From a virus: a stretch of DNA of 56,927 nt. The notes under the pieces were generated by a model, which ran no database searches, was not told where the DNA came from, and saw only the letters and a list, made by a program, of their open reading frames with translations. The position numbers were made by a program, and so were the translations under genes. Shown one piece after another: positions 37,793 through 46,669 of the stretch. Numbering within the stretch: the first letter of the stretch is position 1; each line of letters opens with the position of its first letter. The DNA is taken from the IMG/VR virus record IMGVR_UViG_3300045988_096557; one strand, given 5' to 3'.

Positions 37793-39538
37793 TCACACCT
37801 CACTCATAAACATAAAATCTGAAAATCTTCTACTTTTACGCTTGCGTTTACTATCTTCTTCCTATTTAATATAATATAATCCATATTCAAGCGCAGAGAA
37901 TTTATCTTTGGGCACAGACTTATTTGCCTGTTTTAAAATAATATTTACACCCTCATTTTCTTCTCGCAAATTTAGCATTTCTTCTCTTAATATAGAAGTT
38001 AAAGTGAATGGTTTTAAATATTCTGCCCGCTCTTCTGGTTTCATGGCTTGACCTTTCTTGGTACCAAGTAATTTATTTCTAGCAACTTTTTCGTCGATTA
38101 AAAATCTTAACTTTCCAGCCCGCAACTATGTCTAAACATTGCTATGGGCTTCGGTATTAATTGGCGCATTTGCCTTAATTTCATAAATAGCATCATATTC
38201 TGTATTATCTGTTCTAAATCGTTTGTATTCTCCATCTTCATCATTAGCTACACCAAAATCAGGAAAAACTTCATTGGTATCTGGCACTATTTGTGGTTTA
38301 ACCATATAATCCATCAATCCAGCACCAAGTCCATTACCGTCAATAACAATAATTTTAGCTTTATAATCATAATATAATCTTTTTAGCTTAATTGCCTAAT
38401 CTTCAAAATGTTCATCATCCATAGTATATATATTAACAAGAGACTTAATCGCTGGTCCTTGAGACTGAGGGGTTACTTTAAATACACATACAACAGATTG
38501 ACATTTCTTTCTTCCTACATCAACAGAAAGAACATAATATGCTTGAGCAGAAGAGCGCCCGGAAGATTCATATTCAGGCTAAAGCAATTTTCTACTTCTA
38601 TCAAAAGCATCACCATTAAAGAAGGCATCTTCTACGGTGCCACTCCATTTAGATTCATACTCTCTATCAAATGATGCTTCATTAAATGTACCATCTTGTT
38701 TTAACTCCTATACAAAGTTGCGGGATTGCAATCCCACTAGCACAGGAATTCTCCATGTTCCGCCCATTACAATACTCTTTTCGGGTTCTAGTATCATGCG
38801 CACTAGCAAAGTAATCAACTTATTATATGGGAATGTGTTTTTCCACCCCGCAGTAGTTACATAAATCTAAGATTTATTAAGTGTTTCTTCTTCATGAACA
38901 GATCCGTCTAAACATCTTCTATCAACGTTCATTAGAGGGATTAAAACTTCATTTAAAATATCTCCATCTACACCAACGCACTCCTCAATTAATCCTCCAT
39001 GTCTACGCTTACCACGAGAAGATTCTCTAGCCGCGACGTTGTCAAAATAAGATCCATTTTTGAAGATATACTTACAATAATCTTTTCCTTCCTAAGTCTT
39101 ACCTCTTCGCCAATCAATCTCTCTCTAAAGTGCGGGAATCGCATTACAAATTTCCTAGACTTTTTCTTTTGCAATACCTGCTGCCTATTCTTTTCCGCCA
39201 GAAGTAATGAATAGCTTACATCCAGGATATAATATACATCTACACATAAGTACCATTACTGATAAGAATGACTTAGAATAAGCACGGGGAAATACCATGT
39301 ATACATACTTATATCTCATGGCCGCCCGCAAGAAAACTCTCTAATAAAAATAAAAATTAATTTCTTTTTTTCTTGTCTCGTCTCCGCCGGTCTACAAAAA
39401 GTCAATAAACATATCTGGATATTCTCTCCAAAAAGCTATATACTATCTTGCTGCTGGAATTATCGCACGAACTCTTTCTTCGGAAAGACCAATTTTCTTA
39501 TTATTATTTGAAAGGTTTAATAAATCTTTTAATGCCAT
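37793..39538 (-). CDS. Terminase large subunit, about 581 aa, with about 14 TAGs.
   Basis: ORFs 37862..38125, 38132..38317 and 38989..39174 are in the same frame. A deviant Walker A motif FPRAYSKS, and a nuclease-domain motif IIVIDGNGLGAGLMDYM. Ribosome-binding site AAGGAGG. Confidence 0.7.
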
Positions 39539-39541
39539 ATA

Positions 39542-40711
39542 TTAAACCTCCTTTAATATATTATTTAACATTTCCTCATCTTTGTCTCTTTCCGACTCTT
39601 TCATATCTTCATACTCTTGATAATCTTCTTCTGTTAATTCTGGATGCTCGTAATTAAATAAATCTTCATCCTCATCGCTATCTTCAACATCAATATTTGC
39701 CTCGCGTTCTCTGTCTTTAACTATTTCTCTTAACGAAGCTTCGATCATATTACCAAGATTCATTTCCTCTGTAACTAGAGTATGAGTATATTGCTGTAAA
39801 TCCTAAAGAGTTCTATCTACTTTATCTTGTGGCCCTTCCGTATAATATCTAGGAATAAAACCCTCTCTTTCACAAAGGGCTACTAATTCACCTATTGAAT
39901 CTACAAATTCACCGGATTCGCCTTTGTTCTAAGCAGCCGTAAATTTGCCGCTTTTCATTAAACTATCATAGGCTTTTTGCATCTTCTAAAAGCCATCAAT
40001 ATCTCCAGCATCAATTAACTAATTTGCTTTTAAACTAGCTTTACATACCATAATAAGAGTATCTTTATGACCTGCTCCTTGAATATCATAAGAACTCATC
40101 ATATCATTATAAAGCTGCTCCATTCTTACTCTTTCTTCCCAAGAATATCCGCGGCCCCATTTAAGACGTAATACTAATTTATCTTCTTCGGTTAGCTAAT
40201 CACCAAAATCATCATCTTCCTCTGGATCTTCATATTCTGGAGTTCCTACAGGGGCCTAAACATCCTCTAATTCTTTTGGTTTTGGAGGAGTTCTATCAAT
40301 AGACAACTGCTCTTGAATTTCATCTTCTGTAAATCCTTGAGCCTTCATATTAAGAACTTTTTTATCAATGGAATCTTTCTCTAGCGTTTCTGTATCTGCC
40401 CAAGTGTATTTATTCCATTGCTTTAATTTCATTTTAGATAAATAGCGTCCAATAATAGTTAATCCAGTAACTTTCTTTGGATCTTTTCCATATTTCTCCA
40501 ATAAACCATTCCATTCTTCTTTAATATATGGAACGTCAATCTCCTATAAAATCCATTTATAAGTTTCTGGATCCCAGTTATCTACGTGCATAGTAAGACA
40601 CTTTTTACAAATATCCATCTTTCCATCTGGAGGATACTTCTCTAAATTTTTTGATGTATAAAACTATTTATCATCCATAGTTTTACCACATTTTTTACAA
40701 TAATGGCTCAT
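39542..40711 (-). CDS. Putative DNA-packaging / terminase small subunit-like protein with an N-terminal CxxC zinc ribbon and an acidic C-terminus, about 389 aa, with 8 TAGs.
   Basis: ORFs 40256..40501 and 39542..39763 are in the same frame. The N-terminus reads MSHYCKKCGK...CKKC. It lies immediately upstream of the terminase large subunit. Confidence 0.4.
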
Positions 40712-40717
40712 TTATAA

Positions 40718-41788
40718 TCAACCTCTTTTCTTATTGCGACAGCGCTTACAGATACTATACAAATTATCCTTACTTGTCTTATTCTTTGAAAAGAATTGAT
40801 TATGGGCTGGCTTTAATTGCCCACACTTAGAACATTTTTTCATTGGGTATCCTTTTTGTTTATACTACCAACGTAAAAAATCTTCTAAAGCTTCTTCCGC
40901 AATGAGTTTAGGAATCTTATTTCTCCATAGGCTAGAAATATATTCAACGCTATATGTTTTACCAAACTCATTTTTTAATATTTCCTATATTTCGTTATTC
41001 TACTTTTTATCAATTTTGAGTTCAACAATTCGTAAATAGATTGGAAAGTCTTTGAGAGCTTTATCACATATTTCTTCAAATGATTGAATTAAATACCATG
41101 TATCTCCCTCAAACTAATCATAACTATCTTCTTTTAATTTTGAATAATTGCATAAAATAGCAGAAACAACATTGGCGTCCATTAGCGAAATACCCTTTAC
41201 TACTACCTCCTGTCCATTAAGATAACTCTAATCATCAAGAGGAATATGAGTTCTTACGGATCTCGTTAATTTACATGGTATAATAGGTTTCTAATATGCT
41301 TGCTTAATGATATACTAATCTTTTCGCATCTCTATTAATGCTTTTTTCATCATATATGCCTATTTTGTCCCAGCAGCGCGTTTTAAAGCGCCCTCCCAGA
41401 CATTAATGGTTTCTCTCAACTATTTTAAACATGGTATAGTATCTAAATCTTTCTGTGTAATAGAAATCTTTGGCTAAAATATAACATTTTTATTTTCTGA
41501 CATTAAACCATAAATGCCATCCTCGCCATTTTCCATCTATGACGCAAGCCCTTCGAAAGAACATTCTCTTTTATTAACAGTAGCCATTCTATTATCTGTT
41601 AATATATTCTTTTCTTTCTTCTCTTGCTTTTCCATACATAGAACTAAATAATCTGCTAATATTTCTAAATAACTCGAACTAAGGTTCGGATTTTCTGCGA
41701 TTATTTTTTCGACAAGCGCCTTCCGTTCTTCTGGAGACTCAATAGTATAATCTAATTTTATCATACTGTCATCTCCTTTTATACTCAT
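40718..41788 (-). CDS. DNA-binding protein with a C-terminal zinc ribbon (CSKCG...CKRCR), about 356 aa, with about 12 TAGs. It is the first gene of the late operon.
   Basis: ORF 41537..41788 extended in frame to TGA 40718-40720. Ribosome-binding site AAAGGAG. Confidence 0.4.
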
Positions 41789-41818
41789 ATAATAACAAAA
41801 AAAAACTAGATTGTCAAA
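41789..41818 (-). promoter_or_regulatory. Candidate promoter of the minus-strand late operon (TTGACA with an extended -10 of the form TGnTATTAT and non-ideal spacing).
   Basis: The reverse complement of 41789-41818 reads TTGACAAATCTAGTTTTTTTTTGTTATTAT. Confidence 0.35.
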
Positions 41819-41824
41819 TCTTAT

Positions 41825-41853
41825 TTGATTAATTTATTTAAAAATGTTATAAT
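41825..41853 (+). promoter_or_regulatory. Sigma-70-like promoter: TTGATT, 17 bp, TATAAT.
   Basis: TTGATT 41825-41830, spacer 41831-41847, TATAAT 41848-41853. It is divergent from the late operon promoter. Confidence 0.55.
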
Positions 41854-41890
41854 ATAATTATAAAAAATAAGATAGGAGATTTGTTTGCCA

Positions 41891-42223
41891 ATGTTCTTTG
41901 ACGAACCATATTTAGATTTACCGAAAAAAGCATAGTATTATTTTAATATCTTAATAATCAGTATTGCTATATCTCCATAGTATGCTTAGGAAATCTTCCA
42001 AAATAAAGCAATAAGTTTATGGGATATTTAGGGAGTTAATGATCCTAGACCTATTGCTATTCATATATATACTTCTTACCATATTAATAAAGATTTTGAC
42101 TATGAAGTATAGTGTATTCCTCACTAGGTATTAGAAGTTAATGAAAATGAAATATCTTTCTATGAAATGATTGATTACGATACTAGTGACCCTTGGAGGC
42201 TTAATCCAGATGCAATAGATTAA
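41891..42223 (+). CDS. Hypothetical protein, 110 aa, with 6 in-frame TAGs.
   Basis: Ribosome-binding site AGGAGA plus ATG. There are 110 codons with no TAA or TGA in AT-rich DNA. It overlaps the FolD start. Confidence 0.45.
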
Positions 42224-42995
42224 TATAAAAGAATATTTTCAACAATAGGTAAACAAATTGCGGGAGATTAGTGGTAATGTTCCATCACTCATGATTATCG
42301 ACGCAACAGCCTAGGATCCCGCAAATCAAATTTATATTCGTAATAAAATAAAAGACTTTAATGCTCTTGGTTGGGAAGCAGAAGTGTTTAGAGCGAATAG
42401 TTCAGTAGAGTTAAGATTACTCTTAGGCCATGCGAAAGACTGGGATGCGGTAATAGTTCAAATGCCAGTAGCAAATGGAATTGATTTCAATTATAGTCAA
42501 ATACCTATCTCTAAAGATGCGGATGGTTTAAATCCTATGAGCAATATTACTCCAGCAACAGTAAGAGGAATTATAGACTATTTGGATGAATGTGGTTTTA
42601 ACTACGAAGGTAAATCTGCTGTTATTTTGGGAAGAAGCGATATTGTAGGAAAGCCAATGGCTAAAGCTCTACTGGATAGAAATATGACCGTATCAGTATG
42701 TCATAGCAAAACAGATATAAATACAAAACTCTATTTAACAAGGCAAGCAGATTTAATTGTCTCTGCGGTAGGAAAATTTAGCTTAACAAGAGAAGCCTGT
42801 CCTAACGCTATTGTTATAGATGTTGGTATTCGCAGAAATGAAGCAGGAATTATTCTTGGAGACTTTGTAGAAATTGATGAAATTGCAAAAAGAAATAATG
42901 TATGGTCAACTCCTGTCCCCGGAGGAGTAGGTCTATTAACAAGATTGGGGTTGATGAAAAATTGTTTATAGTTAGCGAAACAGGCGCAAAGATAA
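42210..42995 (+). CDS. folD: Bifunctional methylenetetrahydrofolate dehydrogenase/cyclohydrolase FolD, about 261 aa, with 4 in-frame TAGs.
   Basis: Motifs recalled from canonical FolD (not checked by computation): PANQIYIRNK (catalytic Lys region), GRSDIVGKPMAKALL, AIVIDVGIRR, TPVPGGVGLLT. The listed ORF 42384..42971 continues upstream across TAGs and downstream across TAG 42969 to TAA 42993. Ribosome-binding site GGAGG. Confidence 0.7.
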
Positions 42996-43348
42996 TGAAA
43001 TTTTCGGGAGATTTTGACAAATATGCTGAAGAAGTTCTTCATATTAACAATCCCTTTCGAAAATTTTATCATACACAAAGTCCTTCAGTATTTAAAACTA
43101 ACACCGATGGTATCATAACAATAGATATGGAAGAATCTCGAAAAATATATGAAGAAACAAAAGTAAATAGAGAAGAATGGATTAAATTAAGAGATAGATA
43201 TGTCGCAGAAAGAATACTGCGGGAACTTGGATATGAAGTTCTATTAACCTCGTCTTATTTTGAATACTATCCTGATGCTATTCCTTGTGAAGGAGCGTCA
43301 GGGCAATGCACAATAGACTGTAGAATGAATGGGTGTAAATATGAGTAA
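42995..43348 (+). CDS. Hypothetical Cys-rich protein, 117 aa.
   Basis: An ATG at 42995 overlaps the FolD stop (TAATG) and is in frame with the listed ORF 42902..43348. Confidence 0.5.
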   Translation: MKFSGDFDKYAEEVLHINNPFRKFYHTQSPSVFKTNTDGIITIDMEESRKIYEETKVNREEWIKLRDRYVAERILRELGYEVLLTSSYFEYYPDAIPCEGASGQCTIDCRMNGCKYE

Positions 43349-43349
43349 A

Positions 43350-43511
43350 ATGTGTCCTTGCATTGATTATTGTTATAATAGATTCGGTCGGTAGTACACA
43401 CCAGACTGCGACAATACTTGCGATTATGCAATTAAAGTTAAAGAAAATAAAATGCTTAAAGAATATTTAAAGAGATTAGCGGCGGAAACAAATAGTTTAC
43501 ACACTTTATTT
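43350..43511 (+). CDS. Small Cys-rich protein, 53 aa, with 1 TAG.
   Basis: The ATG lies 2 nt after the previous stop. It contains the Cys-rich segment CPCIDYCY and ends at TGA. Confidence 0.3.
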
Positions 43512-43572
43512 GAAGATTGGGATAATTAAATTATCCACTTCTGCCCAACCGCACGGAAGAAAGGAAACTGCA

Positions 43573-44340
43573 ATGAAACGAGAAGAGCTCAAACAACACG
43601 CGCAATCGCATTACGCAGACATTAAAGTGAGACTCAGGGAAGATACAGATCGCGCAATTATAAACTCTGAAATTTTTGGCCCCAATCTTCCTTTTCCGCA
43701 AAAACCGCGAGAAACCCACCATAATACCTTTTATCTTAAAGACCAAGATAGTGTATCCTGCCTATTCGGTTTAACCGATCGGAGCAAGACTGCGATCTTA
43801 AATTATGCAAGCTATAAACATCCAGGTGGTTATTTCCTTGGAGGTAGCTCTGCACAAGAAGAGGCATTGTGTCACGAAAGCAACCTTTATCCTATTCTTC
43901 TTGCTTTTGATGATACTTATTACGCATGGAATAGACAGAGACTGAATCGAGCCCTATATCTTGATAGAGCTATCTATACTCCTGATGTAGTCTTTGAAAA
44001 AGACGATAGTAGAAAATTAGCTGATGTAATTACTTGTGCTTCTCCTAATTATAGAACAGCACATACTTATCAGCAAGTTCCTCTTTCTCTAAACAATAGG
44101 ATAATGGAAGAGAGAATTAATTTTATGTATCGAATTGCCGAGGTTAAGGGAGTGGAAAATTTAATCGCGGGAGCCTGGGGCTGTGGTGTTTTTATGCAAG
44201 ATCCATCAACGGTCGCCACCTTGCTCGTAAACGCAGCCCGCAATTATAATATTCCAAATATCTATTTTGCGATTCCAAACCGCAATTCCCGCAATTTTAG
44301 AATTTTCTTGGAGGTTTTGGAAAAATGTTCAAGCAATTAA
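43573..44340 (+). CDS. Macro domain protein of the bacterial PARG-like / DUF2263 type, 255 aa.
   Basis: Signature HPGGYFLGGSSAQEE (the GGG-x6-8-QEE PARG motif) and a LIAGAWGCGVF block. Ribosome-binding site AGAAAGGAA, with an ATG at 43573 in frame with the listed ORF. Confidence 0.65.
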   Translation: MKREELKQHAQSHYADIKVRLREDTDRAIINSEIFGPNLPFPQKPRETHHNTFYLKDQDSVSCLFGLTDRSKTAILNYASYKHPGGYFLGGSSAQEEALCHESNLYPILLAFDDTYYAWNRQRLNRALYLDRAIYTPDVVFEKDDSRKLADVITCASPNYRTAHTYQQVPLSLNNRIMEERINFMYRIAEVKGVENLIAGAWGCGVFMQDPSTVATLLVNAARNYNIPNIYFAIPNRNSRNFRIFLEVLEKCSSN

Positions 44341-44762
44341 TTATTGCGAGGCGAGACTTAAATATGTCTCCAGGGAAACTTGCCGCACAAGTTTCCCATG
44401 CTTCTATTGCTTTTCTTTTGGAAAAGTTATATTGGGGAAGTAAAGAAGTTGTTAAAGAAAGAGACGGTCTTATGTATCATATAGGAATAAGCCTCGATAG
44501 AGACTTATTCCATAATTGGATAGCGGAAGCGGAGACCAAAGTAGTTTGTAGAGCGAAGAATAAGAATGATTTGTTAAAGGCTGTTAAGATAGCAGAAGAA
44601 TTAGGATGGGAAGAGAATAAGGATTATTGGCTTATCTATGATGCTTGTAGAACAGAGTTAGAACGCGAAGGCCCGGAAGGGACTTTGACGTGTATTGGAT
44701 TTAGGCCAATGGAGGCGGAAGAAATTGACAAAATTGGGAAGAAGTATCAGCTTTATAATTAA
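44325..44762 (+). CDS. pth2: Peptidyl-tRNA hydrolase, PTH2 family, 145 aa.
   Basis: Motifs RRDLNMSPGKLAAQVSHASIAF and a C-terminal CIGFRP...IDKIGKKYQLY match the PTH2/Bit1 signature. It overlaps the macro domain gene by 16 nt. Confidence 0.7.
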   Translation: MFKQLIIARRDLNMSPGKLAAQVSHASIAFLLEKLYWGSKEVVKERDGLMYHIGISLDRDLFHNWIAEAETKVVCRAKNKNDLLKAVKIAEELGWEENKDYWLIYDACRTELEREGPEGTLTCIGFRPMEAEEIDKIGKKYQLYN

Positions 44763-44967
44763 TATAGTTTTGATTTTACTATTGTTGACTGCTTGCGTGG
44801 AGGAGAACAATCGCTATCCAAGGCTAGAGTATATTCCTACAATGTGGAGATCTGATGCGATTAATATTAAACTAGAGGATGGATATATCTTAAAAGGATA
44901 TGAAACGATAGAAACTGAGGATGGATATAATTTGATTTTTAGTTTTGAGGCAACCGACGATGGATAA
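44695..44967 (+). CDS. Putative lipoprotein (lipobox LLTAC). The start is uncertain and it overlaps the pth2 3' end.
   Basis: A hydrophobic signal peptide followed by Cys. Confidence 0.35.
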   Translation: MDLGQWRRKKLTKLGRSISFIINIVLILLLLTACVEENNRYPRLEYIPTMWRSDAINIKLEDGYILKGYETIETEDGYNLIFSFEATDDG

Positions 44968-45103
44968 AGTATTAGTATGGTTTGACGGCAAGCATTATTA
45001 TAATATATGCGCAGTCTGTGGAGAATTATATCCAATTTACAAAGTAGAAGATCATATTATATATAATTTAAAAAAGAAGTGTAAATGCGGAGAGAAGAAG
45101 TGA
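44957..45103 (+). CDS. Small zinc-ribbon protein (CxxC...CxC), 48 aa.
   Basis: ATGGATAAAG overlaps the previous stop. It has two Cys pairs and ends at TGA 45101-45103. Confidence 0.3.
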   Translation, partial: TMDKVLVWFDGKHYYNICAVCGELYPIYKVEDHIIYNLKKKCKCGEKK

Positions 45104-45125
45104 GTTCTTCTCTCTTTTCGTTATT
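45091..45125 (+). terminator. Rho-independent terminator candidate.
   Basis: AGAGAAGAA...TTCTTCTCT stem followed by a T-rich tract. Confidence 0.4.
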
Positions 45126-45389
45126 GAGATTGAAAAGTCGATTTAGATTTTGAAATGGCGTGGCAGAACGATTTTACAAAAAAATTTCCAGTTTTTCCCA
45201 AAATACACGCCCCTCTTTCACATGGTAAAGTATTGAAGTGTAGTTGGCCTCTTTCACTCGTTAAAGTACGAAAGCAAGAAAGCACGCCCCCCTAAAGGAA
45301 TACGCGCGCGTAAAGGATTTGTGCAAACTGCACAACAAGATGTTATTTATTTTGTGCAAAAGAGAGAGAAAGAAATTTCAAAAAAACTA

Positions 45390-45418
45390 TTGACAAGTGA
45401 GCATTTTGGTGGTAAACT
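45390..45418 (+). promoter_or_regulatory. Sigma-70-like promoter with an upstream A-tract (TTGACA-17-TGGTAAACT).
   Basis: TTGACA 45390-45395, spacer 45396-45412, TAAACT 45413-45418 preceded by TGG. The upstream tract AAATTTCAAAAAA is UP-element-like. Confidence 0.5.
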
Positions 45419-45486
45419 GGACTTGTCCAGTAGGACAGAGACAAAAGCACGGCACTTTGAAAATTAAAAAAATTTCAAAAAAGGTA

Positions 45487-45515
45487 TTGACAAACTGCTA
45501 AAGGTTTGATACAAT
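45487..45515 (+). promoter_or_regulatory. Consensus sigma-70 promoter with an upstream A-tract (TTGACA-17-TACAAT).
   Basis: TTGACA 45487-45492, spacer 45493-45509, TACAAT 45510-45515. The A-tract element matches that of the previous promoter. Confidence 0.55.
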
Positions 45516-45568
45516 ACAGACAGAACAAAAGAGAACCACACCACAAAAAGAAAGGGAGTCAAAAGAGT

Positions 45569-45943
45569 ATGAAAAAGATTGATTTTACCAATGAAGATCG
45601 AGCCATTATTATGGAGTATATGGCCGCTAAGATGGCTAAGTCTGCGGCGGAGGCGGCGGAGAAAGCAGCTAAGGCTAAGGCTAAAGAGCTATTCTCCAGA
45701 TTAGGTAAGGCTTTTAAGGCTACGGACAAAACAAGTTATCTATATGGCACGGTACAAATGCAGGGTAAGGCGAAAGCGGTGGTATATAAAGAAACTACCG
45801 CAAAAGGAACGGTTGACTGGAAAGCCTATGCTATGGCATTAGGCGGGACAGAGGCCGAAGCAGAGCAATTCCGCAGACCTTCCGATGTTCGTACCTCTTT
45901 TGATTGGGCGACAAAGACCCAAGAAGAAGAAATTAGAGGATAA
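45569..45943 (+). CDS. Hypothetical early protein, 124 aa (possibly Gp157-like).
   Basis: Ribosome-binding site AAAGGGAG, with an ATG at 45569 in frame with the listed ORF 45506..45943. Confidence 0.5.
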   Translation: MKKIDFTNEDRAIIMEYMAAKMAKSAAEAAEKAAKAKAKELFSRLGKAFKATDKTSYLYGTVQMQGKAKAVVYKETTAKGTVDWKAYAMALGGTEAEAEQFRRPSDVRTSFDWATKTQEEEIRG

Positions 45944-45954
45944 CAGTTTATAAA

Positions 45955-45995
45955 CCCTGCCTTGCAAAACACAAGGCAAGGCAGGGTTATAATAA
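45955..45995 (+). terminator. Rho-independent terminator.
   Basis: CCCTGCCTTGC...GCAAGGCAGGG, an 11-bp stem, followed by TTATAATAATT. Confidence 0.5.
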
Positions 45996-46017
45996 TTAAA
46001 AGAAAGGGGCATACTAT

Positions 46018-46164
46018 ATGTATCAGTTACAAGTTTTAGCCAATGAGAAAATGCGCTATTATGAACCATCCACCCTTTCAATGGCAAGATGGAAGGTCAG
46101 TCACGAGATAGTCAATCCTAATCATTGGATTGTGGATTTATCCAGTGGAGAAATCGTAGATTAA
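46018..46164 (+). CDS. Small hypothetical protein, 48 aa.
   Basis: Ribosome-binding site AAAGAAAGGGG plus ATG, ending at TAA 46162-46164. Confidence 0.35.
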   Translation: MYQLQVLANEKMRYYEPSTLSMARWKVSHEIVNPNHWIVDLSSGEIVD

Positions 46165-46210
46165 AAAGAAGCTGACCTAACGGCTATACGGGGAGAAAGG
46201 ATAAAAGACT

Positions 46211-46513
46211 ATGAACAATTATATTAAGTGGTTCGTTGGGCCTACTTTTAGAAAGCGTGAATTTATTAAACTTTTGCGGTATAAGATGAATGTGCGTTCC
46301 GCAGAGGTAGAGGACGGCATCATCTTAGACCTGGATGCTTTTAATGCCATGCGAGTGGCCTATATGCCACACTGGGCTTATATCAATAGAAAGTTTATCA
46401 ATAGCAATCTGCATACCAGAATTGCAAGCGAAGACGAATATAAGGTTGCTATGGTCGGAGATACAATCGGTACTGAATGGGTTAAAGAACAGGAGGCAAA
46501 GAAATGGAAATGA
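46211..46513 (+). CDS. Hypothetical protein, 100 aa.
   Basis: Listed ORF with a ribosome-binding site GGAGAAAGG. Confidence 0.55.
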   Translation: MNNYIKWFVGPTFRKREFIKLLRYKMNVRSAEVEDGIILDLDAFNAMRVAYMPHWAYINRKFINSNLHTRIASEDEYKVAMVGDTIGTEWVKEQEAKKWK

Positions 46514-46656
46514 GAATTATTAAGCGGATAGGAGGCGGCATTTGTGCCGCTCTCCTACTCTGGGCAGTTCTTAGTTGGGCTGATATAGTGGCGGATAACT
46601 GTGAGCCAAACCCACAGCACAGCGAATATAATATGTTCGTTCTCATGACTAAATAA
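46504..46656 (+). CDS. Small membrane peptide, 50 aa.
   Basis: Overlapping ATG with a hydrophobic core GGGICAALLLWAVLSW. Confidence 0.35.
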   Translation: MEMRIIKRIGGGICAALLLWAVLSWADIVADNCEPNPQHSEYNMFVLMTK

Positions 46657-46669
46657 TAGGAGGAAAAAA

